DNA of 64,000 bases from Malacoraja senta (lineage: Eukaryota), in the NCBI GenBank assembly GCA_038087875.1, contig CM075977.1, forward strand, positions 172,856,001 to 172,920,000, in the 5' to 3' direction. Positions within the stretch are counted from its first letter, which is position 1, and every line of letters begins with the position of its first letter. The translations under genes and the position numbers were made by a program. Below the pieces are notes generated by a model. The model searched no databases, was not told the DNA's origin, and saw only the letters and a program-made list of their open reading frames with translations. Below, in pieces: positions 25,330-38,100 of the stretch.

Positions 25330-26130
25330 GCTAAATCTAGTTCTAACTCCATTTACAAATTTGAAGATAACACCACTGCAAACAACTATGAAGAGGAGTA
25401 CAGGAAGGAAATACAGATGTTTGTAACATGGTGTCAGGACAACAGCCTCTCCTTCAATGTCAGCAAAATGAATGAGCTAGTTATTAACTTCAGGAAGCTT
25501 CGTGAAGTATTATATCCTGAAGTCAGCATCAATGGTGCCAATGTGGAGATGGTCAAGAGCTTTACGTTTCTTGGCATGAGTATCACAAACACTTTGTCCT
25601 GGACCAACGTCAATAAGCCACCCCAACGGCTCTACTTTCCTCAGAAGATTGAGGGAATGTGGCATGTATCCAATGACTCTTACCAACCAACAAATGCGTT
25701 GGTGAAAGCATCCTATCTGGATGCATCGGAGCTTGGATTTGGAACTGTTCTGTCCATGACGACAAGAAATTAAGGAAAGTTGTGGATATAGCCCAGTTCA
25801 TCACAGAGACCATCCTTCCACCTCCATCTACATTTCACGCTGCCCTGAGAAAGCAGCCCACATAATCATGGTCATTTTTCACCCTGGTCATTCCATCTTC
25901 TCCCATTGGGTTGAGGATACAAAGTGTGAAAACATGTACTGCCAGATTCAGGAAATTTCCTGTAGATATGAGAATACTGAATAGTCTTCCCATAATCTAA
26001 AGTGTAGTCCTGATCTTCTAATCTAGCTCATTATGAACCATGAACATTTTCTCTGCAACTGTAATACAACAATGCTGCAACACTGTATTCTGTACTTCGG
26101 TATTTTTCTCTGCACTACCTGTGTATGAAA
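25330..26130 (+). mobile_element. Old Rex1/Babar LINE remnant
   Basis: WCQDNSLSFNVSKMNELVINFRK..VEMVKSFTFLG..LSW motif. Confidence 0.8.
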
Positions 26131-27771
26131 ACAAACCAATATCAGCAATACTAAGGAGAACAGTGCATAAATCTGCAATTTTTTATGGACACAATTTCTC
26201 AGAGAATAACCCAGGTAAAACCTTGTGTGTGAAAATTGCAGCTAGATAGATCCAATCATTTCTTTTTTTTTTTGTTATGCCACAAGTTTATGTTGCACAG
26301 CTCATGAATCAAAAGGGACTTTTGGGAAGAAATTGAACCTATTAGCATCGACCTGATGCAGGGAACAGATTCCTTGCAGGAGCAAGCATGGCTGAAGCAA
26401 ACTCAATCTTGGGCCTCAAGCATAACTAAATTAGATCCCTATGGATGCTTAGTGCTCATTTGTGGACTGCTTGTGAGCAATGACGGCTACCTGCTACAAC
26501 CTGTTTGAGTCCCCGTGGAGCTAGATTTTGTCTTCATTACCATCAATCCAGTTGGTAATGTTTGGTGCTGCACATTTTCACAAAAGAGGCATGAAATGAA
26601 GTGTGCAGCCCCCGATTGGAGGGTTGGAAATATATATACGGGAAAACCATAGGAATATTCAAAATGAAAGAACTGGATTCTGGATGCATTTGTACATGTG
26701 ACTTAACGCTACTTGACACACAAAACCTTTAAGTATGGGCATCATCAGCAAGATTACATTTATTGACTGTTCATAAATGTTTTCTGCCAGCTTGACCAAC
26801 TGCAGTCCATACAGTGAAGTATTCTCACAACATTACAAGGTGGGAAGTTCCTGGGACAACAACCAATTAAGGTGAAGAAACGGCAAAACATTTCCAAATT
26901 AGGTTGCTGTTCCCTGGAGGGAAAAACAATATGGCTGCTCTCTTGCAAGGAGTTGACACTGTGGGGATTGGACAGCTGATATGAGATTGTGCTTTTCTGT
27001 AGATAACATACAATACAGTACATACAATACATGATGGCTACCTATATTACCCAACATTCCTTAGAGGAAGGTTTCATCCTTTGGGGGTGATGATTAAGTT
27101 GCAGACAATCAAGCTGCTTTGTCTCATATGGTGCCAAGATTCTTGTTGGAACTATGCTGATCCATCTAAATGAGGAGTATTCCATTACATCCTGACTCCC
27201 CAAAGCTATTATTGCTGCTTTAATGCACCTACAGAGCATTTATTACAATCATCTTTTTCACATAAACGTTTAATAATGGATAAAAATTAGCAAAGACTAA
27301 GGGGTTAAAAGCTCTGCTCTTCTTTGAAATGTTGCCACAGGATCAGGGGAAGGGTTTGTTTAAAGACTCAACTGAATTTGATGGCACCTCCCGCAAACGG
27401 AATGCTAACTTATCCTGAAGTCCATGGCATGAGACGTGAAGCCACAACCAACAGTTTGCTACCTGCAGTAATGTAATGTATTAAACATACGTGTGTTCTG
27501 CAAATTTTCTAGTGAATCAGGGAACAATAACTAACAATTTAAAAGCAATTACGATCCGTACTTTTCCTGAAATCTACCAAAGCGAGTTGAAGTTCGTGGG
27601 AACACATTTAGAAGAACGTTTTAAAAGAAAAGTGTAAAAAAGAATGTTGATTAGTCAAAAAAAAGCACGAAAATAACAAAGCAAAATTCTTAATAGGTTT
27701 GGTTATTCTTTATAAATGAAAATATATCCTGGAAACATGCAGTACACAATAAATCTTTTGCATGCCCGGAT

Positions 27772-27871
27772 TAGGGCAGCCACGGTTGGCGCAGCAGTAA
27801 AGTTGTTGCCTTACAGCGCTTGCAGCGTCAGGGACCTGGGTTCAATCCCAACTACGAGCGCTGTCTGTACG
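27772..27871 (+). mobile_element. SINE tRNA-like head (3'-truncated)
   Basis: A-box-like TGGCGCAGCAG and B-box GGGTTCAATCCC followed by SINE body GCTGTCTGTACG. Confidence 0.75.
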
Positions 27872-27939
27872 TCTAGAACTTCTAGAAAGTCACCCCTCAG
27901 TCCCCTGCACTTCAGTGAATAAAGTCCAAGGGAATAGTC

Positions 27940-28112
27940 AGCAGATCAGGTAGCATCTCAGGAGAACATTGAATATCGCCTTTTCGACCTGAAGGGTCGC
28001 AACCTTACATGTCACCTATCCATGTTCTCCTGAGATGCTGCTGACCTACTGAGCTACTCCAGCACTCTGTGTCTTCTTTTGTAAACAATCATCTGCAGTT
28101 CATTGTATCTAC
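27940..28112. mobile_element. Degenerate Penelope pLTR fragments (short inverted pair)
   Basis: AGCATCTCAGGAGAACAT and its inverse ATGTTCTCCTGAGATGCT; CTACTCCAGCAC..ATCTGCAGTTC. Confidence 0.6.
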
Positions 28113-28440
28113 AATAAAGTTTAAAGTTCAAGTATGCCCAACCTTTCCCGATGGTTAAAGGACTCTCCTAACTATGGTAGGGTGGAAATTACAGTTACGA
28201 AGAAAGGAAGATTTCTCAGTAGCCAAACATCACCTGGTGGAGAAAACAAAACATCCAATGTTCCAAGCTGCTTGCTCCAGCACAGCCTCAGATTTAAACA
28301 GATTAGGTTGCTTAAGAAAAATGTCCTGGTATAACTGACCTTTAATAACCCACACAACATCTGCAGCCTTTCTATGTGAAGCACCCCAGGGTATGAAGTG
28401 ATGTTAGAGGTGCCACACTACTATGACCTATTTCAACAGA

Positions 28441-28733
28441 GTTTAGTTTAGTTCAGTCTAAAGTTTAAAGAAACAGCATAGCTCACCGAGTCCGTGCTGA
28501 CCAGTGATCACCTCAACAGTAGTTCTGTCCTACACACCAGGGACAATGTACAGAAGCCAATTAAACTACAAACCTGCACAACTTTGGAATGTGGGAGGAA
28601 ACCAGAGCACCCAGAGAAAACCCACGCGGTCACAGGGAGAACATACAGACTCTGTACGGACAGCACCCGTAGTCAATATCGAACCCGGGTGTCTGCTGCT
28701 GCAAGGTAGCATCTCCGCCTCTACGCCACTATG
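28441..28733 (-). mobile_element. HE1-like SINE
   Basis: (AACTA)n tail; GGAAACCAGAGCACCCAGAGAAAACCCACGCGGTCACAGGGAGAAC core; B box (ATCGAACCC on plus). Confidence 0.85.
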
Positions 28734-29029
28734 TTTCCCGTACATAATTATATTATTTCCACAAAATTAGAATATATTTTAATGATATCGTTGTTTGTAC
28801 TATATTTTGCTCTTGAGTCGAAATGGATGTCCGTGAGGACATAGAGAGAAGCCCTTGCTGCACATGGACCACCTTCAGATACCATCTGGGACGAAGGAGA
28901 CAAAAGTTTGGATTGGCTGGAATGGTGAGTATGCTGCCCAAGAGGTATTAGTGGAAGATAAACTGGTGCCCTTGTGAAGGGGTGAGAGCGGCAACAAATG
29001 GGAAACCATGGTGTTGTTATCTTCATAAT

Positions 29030-29430
29030 TTCTAGTTGCAGAAATTAGGCCATTCGGCCCATCAAGTCTACTCCGCCATTCAATCATGCTGATCTAGATA
29101 TAGTTAAATTTAGCTCTTCGGGCTAAGGGAATCAAGGGATACGGGGAAAAAGCTGGAACGGGGTACTGATTTTGGATTATCAGCCATGATCATATTGAAT
29201 GGCGGTGCTGGCTCAAAGGGCCGAAAGGCCTACTCCTGCACCTATTTTCTTTGTTTTTATGTTTCTATCTATCTTTCCCGCTCAACCTCATTCTCCTGCC
29301 TTCTCCACATACTGTAACCTCTGACACCCTTACCAATCAAGAATCTGTCAATCTCCATCTTAAAAATATCCATTGACTTGGCCTCCACAGCCTTATGTGG
29401 CAATGAATTCCACAGATTCACCACTCTCTA
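29030..29430. mobile_element. CR1 3' fragment (minus) interrupted by an opposite-strand CR1 3' terminus (29093-29266)
   Basis: CAATCATGCTGATCTA|...|TCTATCTTTCCCGCTCAAC rejoins; the insert ends in a TTTCTATG-like tail. Confidence 0.8.
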
Positions 29431-31109
29431 AATAGTCAGGCTAACTGGTTTATAGTTTCCACTCATCTGCTTCACTCCCTTTTTGAACAGCGGAGTAATA
29501 TTTGCAATATTTGCAATTATCTTTTGGTATAAACTCTGCTCTACCACTGTTACAAACCACAGACATGGAACTAAGCCAGTTGATAGATCCCATCTTGCCA
29601 TATCTTGTCCCTGCTCTCTTCACTTTTCTTGGAGTCAGTTCTCTGCACCATCTGAGCTGGAGTTTGCTCCTGTAGAAATGGAGTATCAGCAGGAATGAAT
29701 GGGGAGTACAGTTGGTGGCATAATGCCACACCTGGAGATGGAAGATTAGTTCTAGCATATCATGTCTCTGCTTCTTTTCAATAGTGGCCTTCTCTCAAAT
29801 GGAATCTCTGTTCCCCATAACCCCTCATTCTTCCTGGAGAAATCTGAGCTGCTCGTGGGTGGAAACCTTGTGTCCACGGAGAGCAACAATCTGCTTATGA
29901 GTGGCTCCCTTCTGTTCAATGGGACAACAAGTTGCTCCTGGTGCCCTATTGTTCACACTTCAGGCTTTCAAACTGCTTCCAGTTGTGAGAGTAGAGACAT
30001 GCATGTGGAACGAGATGCGACTGCACACAGACAGAATTATTTAATGTAGCCTCTTCCTATGCCTCCATACTAGCTATAACTAGCAGAGAAGATGTTGTGT
30101 AATGGGATTGTTGCTGAGCCTTTACAGAGGAGAGGAGAGGAGATCATGGTATCCTGGCTCAGCGAGAGTTTTAAGATTGTTTTTCTTTTATATCTGCATT
30201 GGACTAGCCAGACCTTACAATGTGCTGATGAACTCCTCATGTGGCTGCATTAACCTCATCACGAAAGCTCCCCAACCATGACTTTCACCTGAGGTGTGTG
30301 GATGCATGGAGCCCAATTAAATAAGGCCCCAAACCCGACAACCTTTGCACATCATCAGACTGCTGCCCCCTACAGGCTGGTGTATCTCCCCATGACAGGC
30401 ATCGCTCAAACCTAGTGCCTTTTAGGTTAAACAAAACATTTCTGCAATGCACTCAAATAAAGAAAATGCACTTTGTGAAGCATTTGTAAATCACTATTTA
30501 GAAATCCGTTAGAGTAAAGTGTCCAATTTAAAAATCCACACTTTATTAAACTTGTCAACATTTTGGAGAGGGTGTTGAGGACATTTGTTAGAATAGTGTC
30601 GAGGATGAGGGAGTTCACTGATGTGGAGTGCAGAGAAACGGAGATTGTTCTCCCTTGCTCAGTTAAGGTTCAACAGAGGTGTTCAAAGTAATGAGAGGTT
30701 TCGATTGAGTGGAGAGGGACAGATTTTTACCACAAGCAGAAAGGTCAGTTGCCAGGAGACACAAATTTAAGATAATTGGGAAAAAGGTCATTTGGGTGAT
30801 GATCAGATTGTTTTCTCAGCAAGTTCTTATGATCTTGAATGCTTTGCCGGAAGGGGCGATGCAAAAACATTCACTGGGAACTTTCAAAAGGGAATTACAA
30901 ATTGCAGGGCTGGAGGGAAAGAGCAAAGAATTGGGACTAATTGACAAATGTTTCAGACAGCAGTCACAAGCAGAATGCTCAGATGGCTCCTTTCTGTGTT
31001 GTATGTTCAATAACTTTCAACCTCAAAACTAGCACAACCGTAATTGTCGAGTATGATAGTTACAGAGGAAACATGTTTTTCTAGTACACATCTAGTGCTG
31101 CTTTTCAAT

Positions 31110-31300
31110 GGGGGGGGGGGGGGGGGGTTATAGCTGGATGGTTGGACAAAGGCCAGAGATTAAAACACAAATTGTAAGACAAAATAATTAAAGATTTGTC
31201 AATTGTGAAGCTAGAGGAAGGAATGTGGGTGGAGGTCAAAATTGGTGTGTCCAGGTGGTGCACAGGGAAGGGGGGAGGGGGAGAAAGGGGGGGCAGGGAG
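31110..31300 (+). repeat. Poly-G (18 nt) and G-run-rich tract
   Basis: G18 at 31110-31127 and several G4-G7 runs at 31265-31300. Confidence 0.7.
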
Positions 31301-31459
31301 GTTGTTAAAGGTTACCTAAAATTGGAGAAATAGAGTATTGAAGCAATACTCAGTGTCATAAGTTAAACGATTTTGATGGTGCACTTAAAGTTTGCTACTG
31401 AGCCAAAGTAGTGATTAAAGTTGAAAGCGTTCTGGTCACCTCTGCGAATAAGTTAAGAG

Positions 31460-32420
31460 CAGCACAGTGGTATAGCAAGTAGAGCCATTGCCTCGCAATA
31501 CTAGGGACCCAGATTCAGTCCTGATTTTGTATGCTGTCTGTGTGAAATTTGCATGTTCTGCTTGAAACTCTGCAGGTTTTCTCAAGTGCTCCAGTTTCCC
31601 AAGGATTGTTGTTTAGCTGTTTAACTAACCTCACAGGTGGATTTAGTTTAGTTTTCATTTATAGATACAGCACGGAAACAGGTCTTTCGGCCCACCAAGT
31701 CCGTGTCGACCAGCAATCCCTGCACACTAACATTATCCTACACACACTAGGATACACATACACACAAGTTACAATTTTACCAAGCCAATTAGCCTGAAAA
31801 CCTGTCCGTCTTTGGAGTGTTGGAGGAAACTGGAGCTCTCAGAGAAAACCCAAGCAGGTCCCAGCGAGAACATACAAAATCTGTACAGACAGCACCCAGA
31901 GACAGGATCAAACCCAGGTCAATGGCACTGTAAGGCAGCAACTCTGCGCTGCACCAGTTCCTCACTATGAGTGATGGATTGTGGGGAAAGCTGATGGGAT
32001 TGTTTAAAGAATTACTAAAAATTTGATTCCTGTAAATAGATGGCTGATGTTCAACTCAGTGGGCTGAAGAGGCTTTTTCCATGCTGTTTTTCTAGGTGGA
32101 AGAGTAGAAACAAGGAACTGCAGATGTTGGTTTACAAAAACAGACCCTTTGGCCCATCAAGTCTACACTGACCATCGATCATCCGTTCACACCAGGTCTA
32201 AGTTATCCCACTTTCGTCTCAACATTGTACACAGTAGGGGCAAATTTAAAGAGGCCACTTAACTTACAAACCTGTACATTTTTTTCTGATGTGGGAGGAT
32301 ATCGGAGGTGCTGGAGGAAACCTACATGGTTACAAGGTGAATGTCCAAACTCCGCTGACAGCACACCAGGTCTCTAGCACTGCGAGGCAGCAGCTCTACC
32401 AGATGTGCCACCATGCCGGA
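31460..32420. mobile_element. Cluster of HE1-like SINEs (plus ~31460-31600 and ~31960-32090; minus 31641-31955 and 32145-32420)
   Basis: SINE core and tail motifs as at 24655 and 28441. Confidence 0.75.
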
Positions 32421-32664
32421 TAATTGAAATATTCTCCACCATGATAGGCCAACAAAATGAAGTGTCAACCCTGCTCCCTCTCCACAGACACTTTCCCACA
32501 CACCAATCACCCGACACACTGTTCTCCACCATGATAATTTGCTAGTCCTCCTGCATGGCAGAAAGGCTGTTGACACAAAATTGTTGAATTAAATGCTAAG
32601 CCTAAAAAGGTCTGTCCTGAGGATGCTAAAGAGGTCAGATGCCTGTAGACCATAACATATGTTT

Positions 32665-32950
32665 TCAGAGAACAAAGGTTTAAGGTGAGGGGCAAAAATT
32701 AATAGGAATCTGAGGGGTAACTTTTTTTACACAAAAGGTGATTGGTATATGGAACGAGCTGCCAGAAGAGGTAGTTGAGGCAGGTATTATCACAAAGTTA
32801 AAGAAACATTTAGAAAGGTACATTTATAGGGTAGATTTAGGGGGATATGGACCAAACACAGGCAGGCAGAACTAGTGTACATGGGTCATGTTGGTCAGTG
32901 TGGGCAAGTTGGGTCAAGGGGCCTGTTTCCATGCTATGTGACTCTATGCC
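32665..32950 (+). mobile_element. CR1 LINE 3' fragment
   Basis: GGTTTAAGGTGAGGGG..TGGAACGAGCTGCCAG..GGGCCTGTTTCCATGCT. Confidence 0.8.
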
Positions 32951-33050
32951 TTTAGTTCAGAACTATAGAATAGATATTTGGAAATGTGAAAACCTAGAAG
33001 ATGCATTTTCCTCTTATTTGATGTGATAATTGTGCAACTTCTTGGTGGAT

Positions 33051-33400
33051 TGTCACCTTGTTGTGGTGGAGAAGCTTGTGTGGACCTGAGATCCCGAGAG
33101 CGATGCCATCTGGAGCTATGTTCCACCCATGGCGGTAAGGTCGAGGGGGAGGTCTCTGACAAAGAGCAATCCAGCCAAGACCTCAATGGTGGAACAGGCG
33201 GAGGTTGATGGCTATCTTTAGTGGAGCGTCACGTGGAAGGCGGATGAAGGCTGCAGCAGAAAAGGGTCTCCGGTCATCTTGGACTCCATGCCACTGGATC
33301 CCGACTCAGATCTGTCAGGGACCGTGGGGTGACTGTCTGTGCACCAGTCTCCCAACATTAAACAAAGTCACACACAAGCATCCTCCATATAGGGAATAGC
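33051..33400 (+). mobile_element. RTE-clade-derived non-autonomous element (5'UTR-like segment)
   Basis: CACCTTGTTGTGGTGGAGAAGCTTG..GGAGCTATG..GACAAAGAGCAATCCA resembles RTE 5'UTRs; no ORF. Confidence 0.6.
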
Positions 33401-35299
33401 ATGACTGAAGGGGGCCTAAGAATTGTGCAAACACCAAATCATCGTCCGCCAAAATAAAATCACACAACTGGGGCATCCATGCCTTAAGAAATCGTTACTG
33501 TGGTTCCCCTTTTGAAGAAGTGATGAAAGCATAAAATAGTGGGGTGGGTTAATGGCAATGAGTCTCCAAGCAGAGATTTTCCCTTGTATGTGGCGTGGAC
33601 AAGTGTATCTCTTGCCATGTGTACTTGACACCACATGGGCAGCAGTTGCACTGGGTTCACAGATCAAGAAATCTGTAAACTGAACAATTCTGTGCGCAGA
33701 GCTACCAGTAATTTTTTTTTTTTAATGCAGCACAATGCCAGAGGGTGGGATATACAAGGATAAAAATGATGTTCACAGGGAATAAATATTTTCAATCCCA
33801 TATGATTTATTACTTTCAGCACAATGTTTTCCTGGAGATAAAAATGGAAGGTCACATGCTCCACCAATCTCGCACAATTGCTATCAATAAACAATAAATG
33901 TGTTCTTTGCTCAAGACTGATGTCAGCACTGGTGGGAAATTAGACAGTAAAATTACTCATGTGTTCAAGTGAATCACAACAGGGCAACTGGTGCAATTTC
34001 CTAATGGATTGGACTTCTGCAAAAATGGGCCCATACGTTTCAAAAGTGAAAGAAAGTTTTTGTGTGTGTTACATATAGCACATTTGTAACTGTTTATTTT
34101 CTACGAGAAATTCCATGCTGAGAAGACAATAATGCCTTCCAAAAATAGACTGCAGAGGGGAGGTTGTTAAGGAGAAGCTGGTATGTCATCATTGCACATC
34201 ATCTGTTGAAGACTAATGGTTCAGTAAATATTTCAGGGCGAGGAGAATATAGCTGATGAACAATGAAAAGCTGTTGAGCTTAAATGATTGAAATAGCAGA
34301 TTTTAATTTCAATGCTACAACTTCCAAGGCACAAATATAGCTCATCGCACTGTGCTGTTAAGAAGTGGTAAAAACAGTTCCTGGAACATCATCTTTTCTG
34401 GTAGTGTAAAGAAAAAACCTGTAAAACCTTAGTGTTGCTGGATTTTTCCAATTCAATCATTGGATAATAGAGTTAATGCAAGGTCACTATTTATTGCCAT
34501 TGAGAAGGTGGTGAACAAGTTTCTTGAACTATTGTAATATGTATGGTGAAGGTATTAAGACAGTGTCGTTTTCATGTTGACAGAAGGGACAGTGTCAATT
34601 GCCGCCTCTCTTATAACATATCATTGTCTTTTTTTTGGCATCAGTTGGACTCTAAAAGCTTTATGATCTCATAAAACATATCAAAAGCAATGACTTGAGA
34701 TCACATTTTTAAACTACCAGCAATATTGCTCATTTGATTTGAAAAATCTCCGAGTGCTGGCCCCACAATAAACACATCTTGCTGAGCTGTCCTGTTGCAA
34801 GACCCGTGAATTCTGATGAATGAAACATTAGACATACATTTGAAAAATAACTCTTGACAAAGCACTGCACGAATCAATAGTTTCATCATTTACTGCAGAA
34901 TGAGTTGTTTCGGTTTCTATGTAAATTGCCTTACGTAACAGAGTCATCTGGAGTGTCTATAAAGTGTTTCATGGAAAGAGGTACCTAATGACAGATATTG
35001 CAATGTAATCTCTGAGGACTAAAATTAAACCGAACATTGCATTGTGTTATTTTTCCATTCAAATCATGAGGTTTCTTGCTCCAAGGGTTGTGAGTTTCAA
35101 CAAGTTAGTGAACTTCAACGAGTTAGTTTATTTTGTCTCAACAAATGAATGAGTGCTAAATTTCGGAATAGGGTGTTGCCTAAAAAAATTAGGGAGAATT
35201 AATGTTCCATATTACTTTACCAAACTTAGCAATCAACATTCATGTGCAGACATTCTGAAAGTATTGCAGTTTGAAGATATTCAAATACTCTATTGAACT

Positions 35300-36340
35300 T
35301 CTTTAGCTGCAGGATAGACAGGTTGCATTACAGCCTGGTTTAATAATTCATATGCTCAAAAATGATGGATGATGCAGAAAGTGGTGGACATTGTCTAACC
35401 CATTATGGAAACTGATCTACCCACCATCGAATGGATCTACAGTATAAGAAGCATTGTCTCAAGAAGGTAGCTAAGATCATCAAAGGCCTACTCGATCCTG
35501 GTCACACTTGCTGCTACCATTTGAAAGATGGTAGAGGAGCCTGAGAACCATTATCTCCAGCATCAAGAACCACTTCTTCTCATTAACCATTAGGTTTTCG
35601 AACTACTCTGCATGCCCTTACCTACCTCAGCACCCTACTACTATGGATTTTGCACTACTAACATTGGACTATGCACTTTGGATTGCACTATCAAGGTCTG
35701 GTTCACCTTGAATAGTGGATACGTTTTTGCATCTTTATTTGTTATATTGTTGCATTTGATGTGTCTGTTAAGGCCCTGTCCCACGGGCAGGCGGTTCCAG
35801 GCGGTAAGCGCGGCGTAGCAGGAAGTGGGGCCCGCGGGGTCGGTCCTACGCTGATCGCCGGAGCCGTATGTATTTGGTCCCAACACCGCGCGGGGCTCCG
35901 AAAAACTGACACTGTCCAAAAATCCCGTGCGGCAACGGCCTCGACGCCGCGAGCATCGCCTGGACGCCACGAGCACCGCCTGGACACCGCGAGCCGTCTC
36001 GATGGAGTAGGCTAGCACGTTGCGATGCACGGTGACGTCATCACCCGACACCGTGCGACGTCCATTCGCGCACCCCCCGCTTCCGGTAAGTTCACGATCG
36101 CCGCATGCATTCGCATGCTCGTGGGACAGGCCGTGCGGTGATCACCCGGCATCCGCGTGGCAACCGCTTCCGATAAGGTTGTGCTTGCCGCATGCATTCG
36201 CATGCTCGTGGGACCGGCCGTACGGTGATCACTCGGCCCCCGCGCGGCAGCCTGGAACCGCCTGCCCGTGGGACAGGGCCTTAAAGCTGCAGCAAGAATG
36301 TAATTATTCTGGTCCCAGTGCATATGACAATTAAATATTT
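35300..36340 (+). mobile_element. Old Rex1/Babar LINE 3' part (host of the MITE)
   Basis: CATCAAGAACCACTTCTT remnant; flanks rejoin as CTGTTAAAGCTGCAGCAAG..TGACAATTAAA. Confidence 0.7.
35772..36280. mobile_element. MITE (509 bp) with 31-bp perfect TIRs, flanked by TTAA
   Basis: TIR GGCCCTGTCCCACGGGCAGGCGGTTCCAGGC at 35772-35802 and inverted at 36250-36280; TTAA at 35768-35771 and 36281-36284; very CpG-rich. Superfamily (Kolobok vs PIF/Harbinger) unresolved. Confidence 0.92.
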
Positions 36341-38100
36341 TGGATCTCATGCTGATCAACATGCCAACACCTTTTGTCTGCATGGCATCTTTGACAGAGT
36401 AAAAGGTCAAGATGTAAAATGGTGAGGCTCAAATATAACTACATGACAATTCCAAGCGTTTTGGCCTTTAAAGAAGAGGAACACAAATATGTCAGTAGGA
36501 AGATCTGGGCTAAGAAATTGCTTTTGCACTGTTTTCCCATGTTTTGCCAATGAATGTTATCAAATACACAATTAGATCATTTGTGTGTCCATGGTACATT
36601 TCGAGATATTCAGTTAGTGAGCACCATGGTGGTTTGAACACAGATGTTTCTCGCATGTGTTGTAACCTTAATCAGTACATGATAGTACATACAGGTTTTA
36701 TATCACAGGATTCGAGCACTGTAGATCTCAAACACTGCAACTGATTTAAACTGAGAGCTGGTATTAAGAGGCCACCCTCTACCTGGGCCACTGCCAGGAA
36801 ATCTGAGACATGCATCCTCCTCAATGTAGGTTCCTATTTTATCAACTTCTCTGGTGAGATCACCCCATCACCATCTCATCTCTGCTGGTGTGCTCATTAC
36901 CTGTTCTCTCCCTGACCATCAGTTATCTACCCTTATCTTTATATCAAACATACATTTGCTGAATTAATCACAATAATATTGGATCTGTTGCACATCACTT
37001 TAGCAACTAAACATATATATATAGACCTATGATTTATAATAATTACAATACGATTACAGCAATGGACAAAAATGAATAGCTATTATACTAAATCAACTTC
37101 ACATGCATTCCTCCCTTCTTTAAAGCAACGCAATAAACATCCGCAATGAAGCTTCATCAGTCGTTTATCTAGTTATACGTGTTCCTCGAAGAGTTGAACA
37201 GAAATTATTTGCAAGATCACATAATAATCACATCTTACCAAATGAGGAAAGAACTTGAAAGGTCACAAACAGATCTCTCTTCAAGGCTTTTCTGAAAAAT
37301 ACAAAATAATTGCAAATATTATAAAAAATACATCAGCCTAGATATCTAGAAAATTACTCGTGATAAATGAAGTTGAGAAGTGATGATTTCTAATTCCACT
37401 CTATACTAAACACTTTCTGAGACTATCTGATGTTATTTTTCAACTATTGAAAGGATCACATTTACAAAAGTGTATCAGTTCTATTTACACTTTAAAATGT
37501 TAAATGAAAACTTTGCATTTTCACTAAAACTCACCACAACTTGTAATTTTCCATTGAATTGTCGGGGACCGGCATGAAATAGCACTGACTGATACTAACC
37601 AACTCACTAACTGCCAAAGTACCACATTGCATTCATATCTTTTCCCCTACAGCAAGTTCTTTATTTTAAATGATAGATAAATTGGGTCCCAACCCAAAAG
37701 TCCATTTTGCTCCATGGATTCTTCTTGACCAGCTGATTTTCTCCAGTGGTTCTTTTTGCAAGCAATTTAAAACATTGGTCCTTTCTCCAACTTTAGACGA
37801 GGAAACAGTTGGGACGATAGGGTCAGGAATTCTTCAGAACTTATGGCTCTGCTTAATCTGAAAATCACATGGTCATGGAATATTCAATCTACTTGAGGTT
37901 GGAATCATTCCTTTTGTCATTTATTTTATTCTTTCACATGTTTCCAATAATCTTTCTTATCAGCACTTATCTTAAGAAAGAAAATCTTTAATGCCAAGTT
38001 GAATTAACATAGGTTGAACACATTAAGAGTTTGCAGAATGACCAATGAGGATGAAACCATGAACCGCAAGTTGCAATGCCCAATCAGCATTTACATCAGA

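Noticed and set aside
27772-27871. tRNA gene
   Set aside because: Has A/B boxes but no full cloverleaf and continues into SINE body sequence.
34900-34960. Another possible minus-strand micro-exon near 34933-34954
   Set aside because: Weak acceptor with a poor pyrimidine tract; indistinguishable from chance.
35641-36410. Multiple overlapping ORFs in a GC-rich island as a gene or promoter CpG island
   Set aside because: Fully explained by a TIR-bounded MITE; high GC suppresses stop codons.
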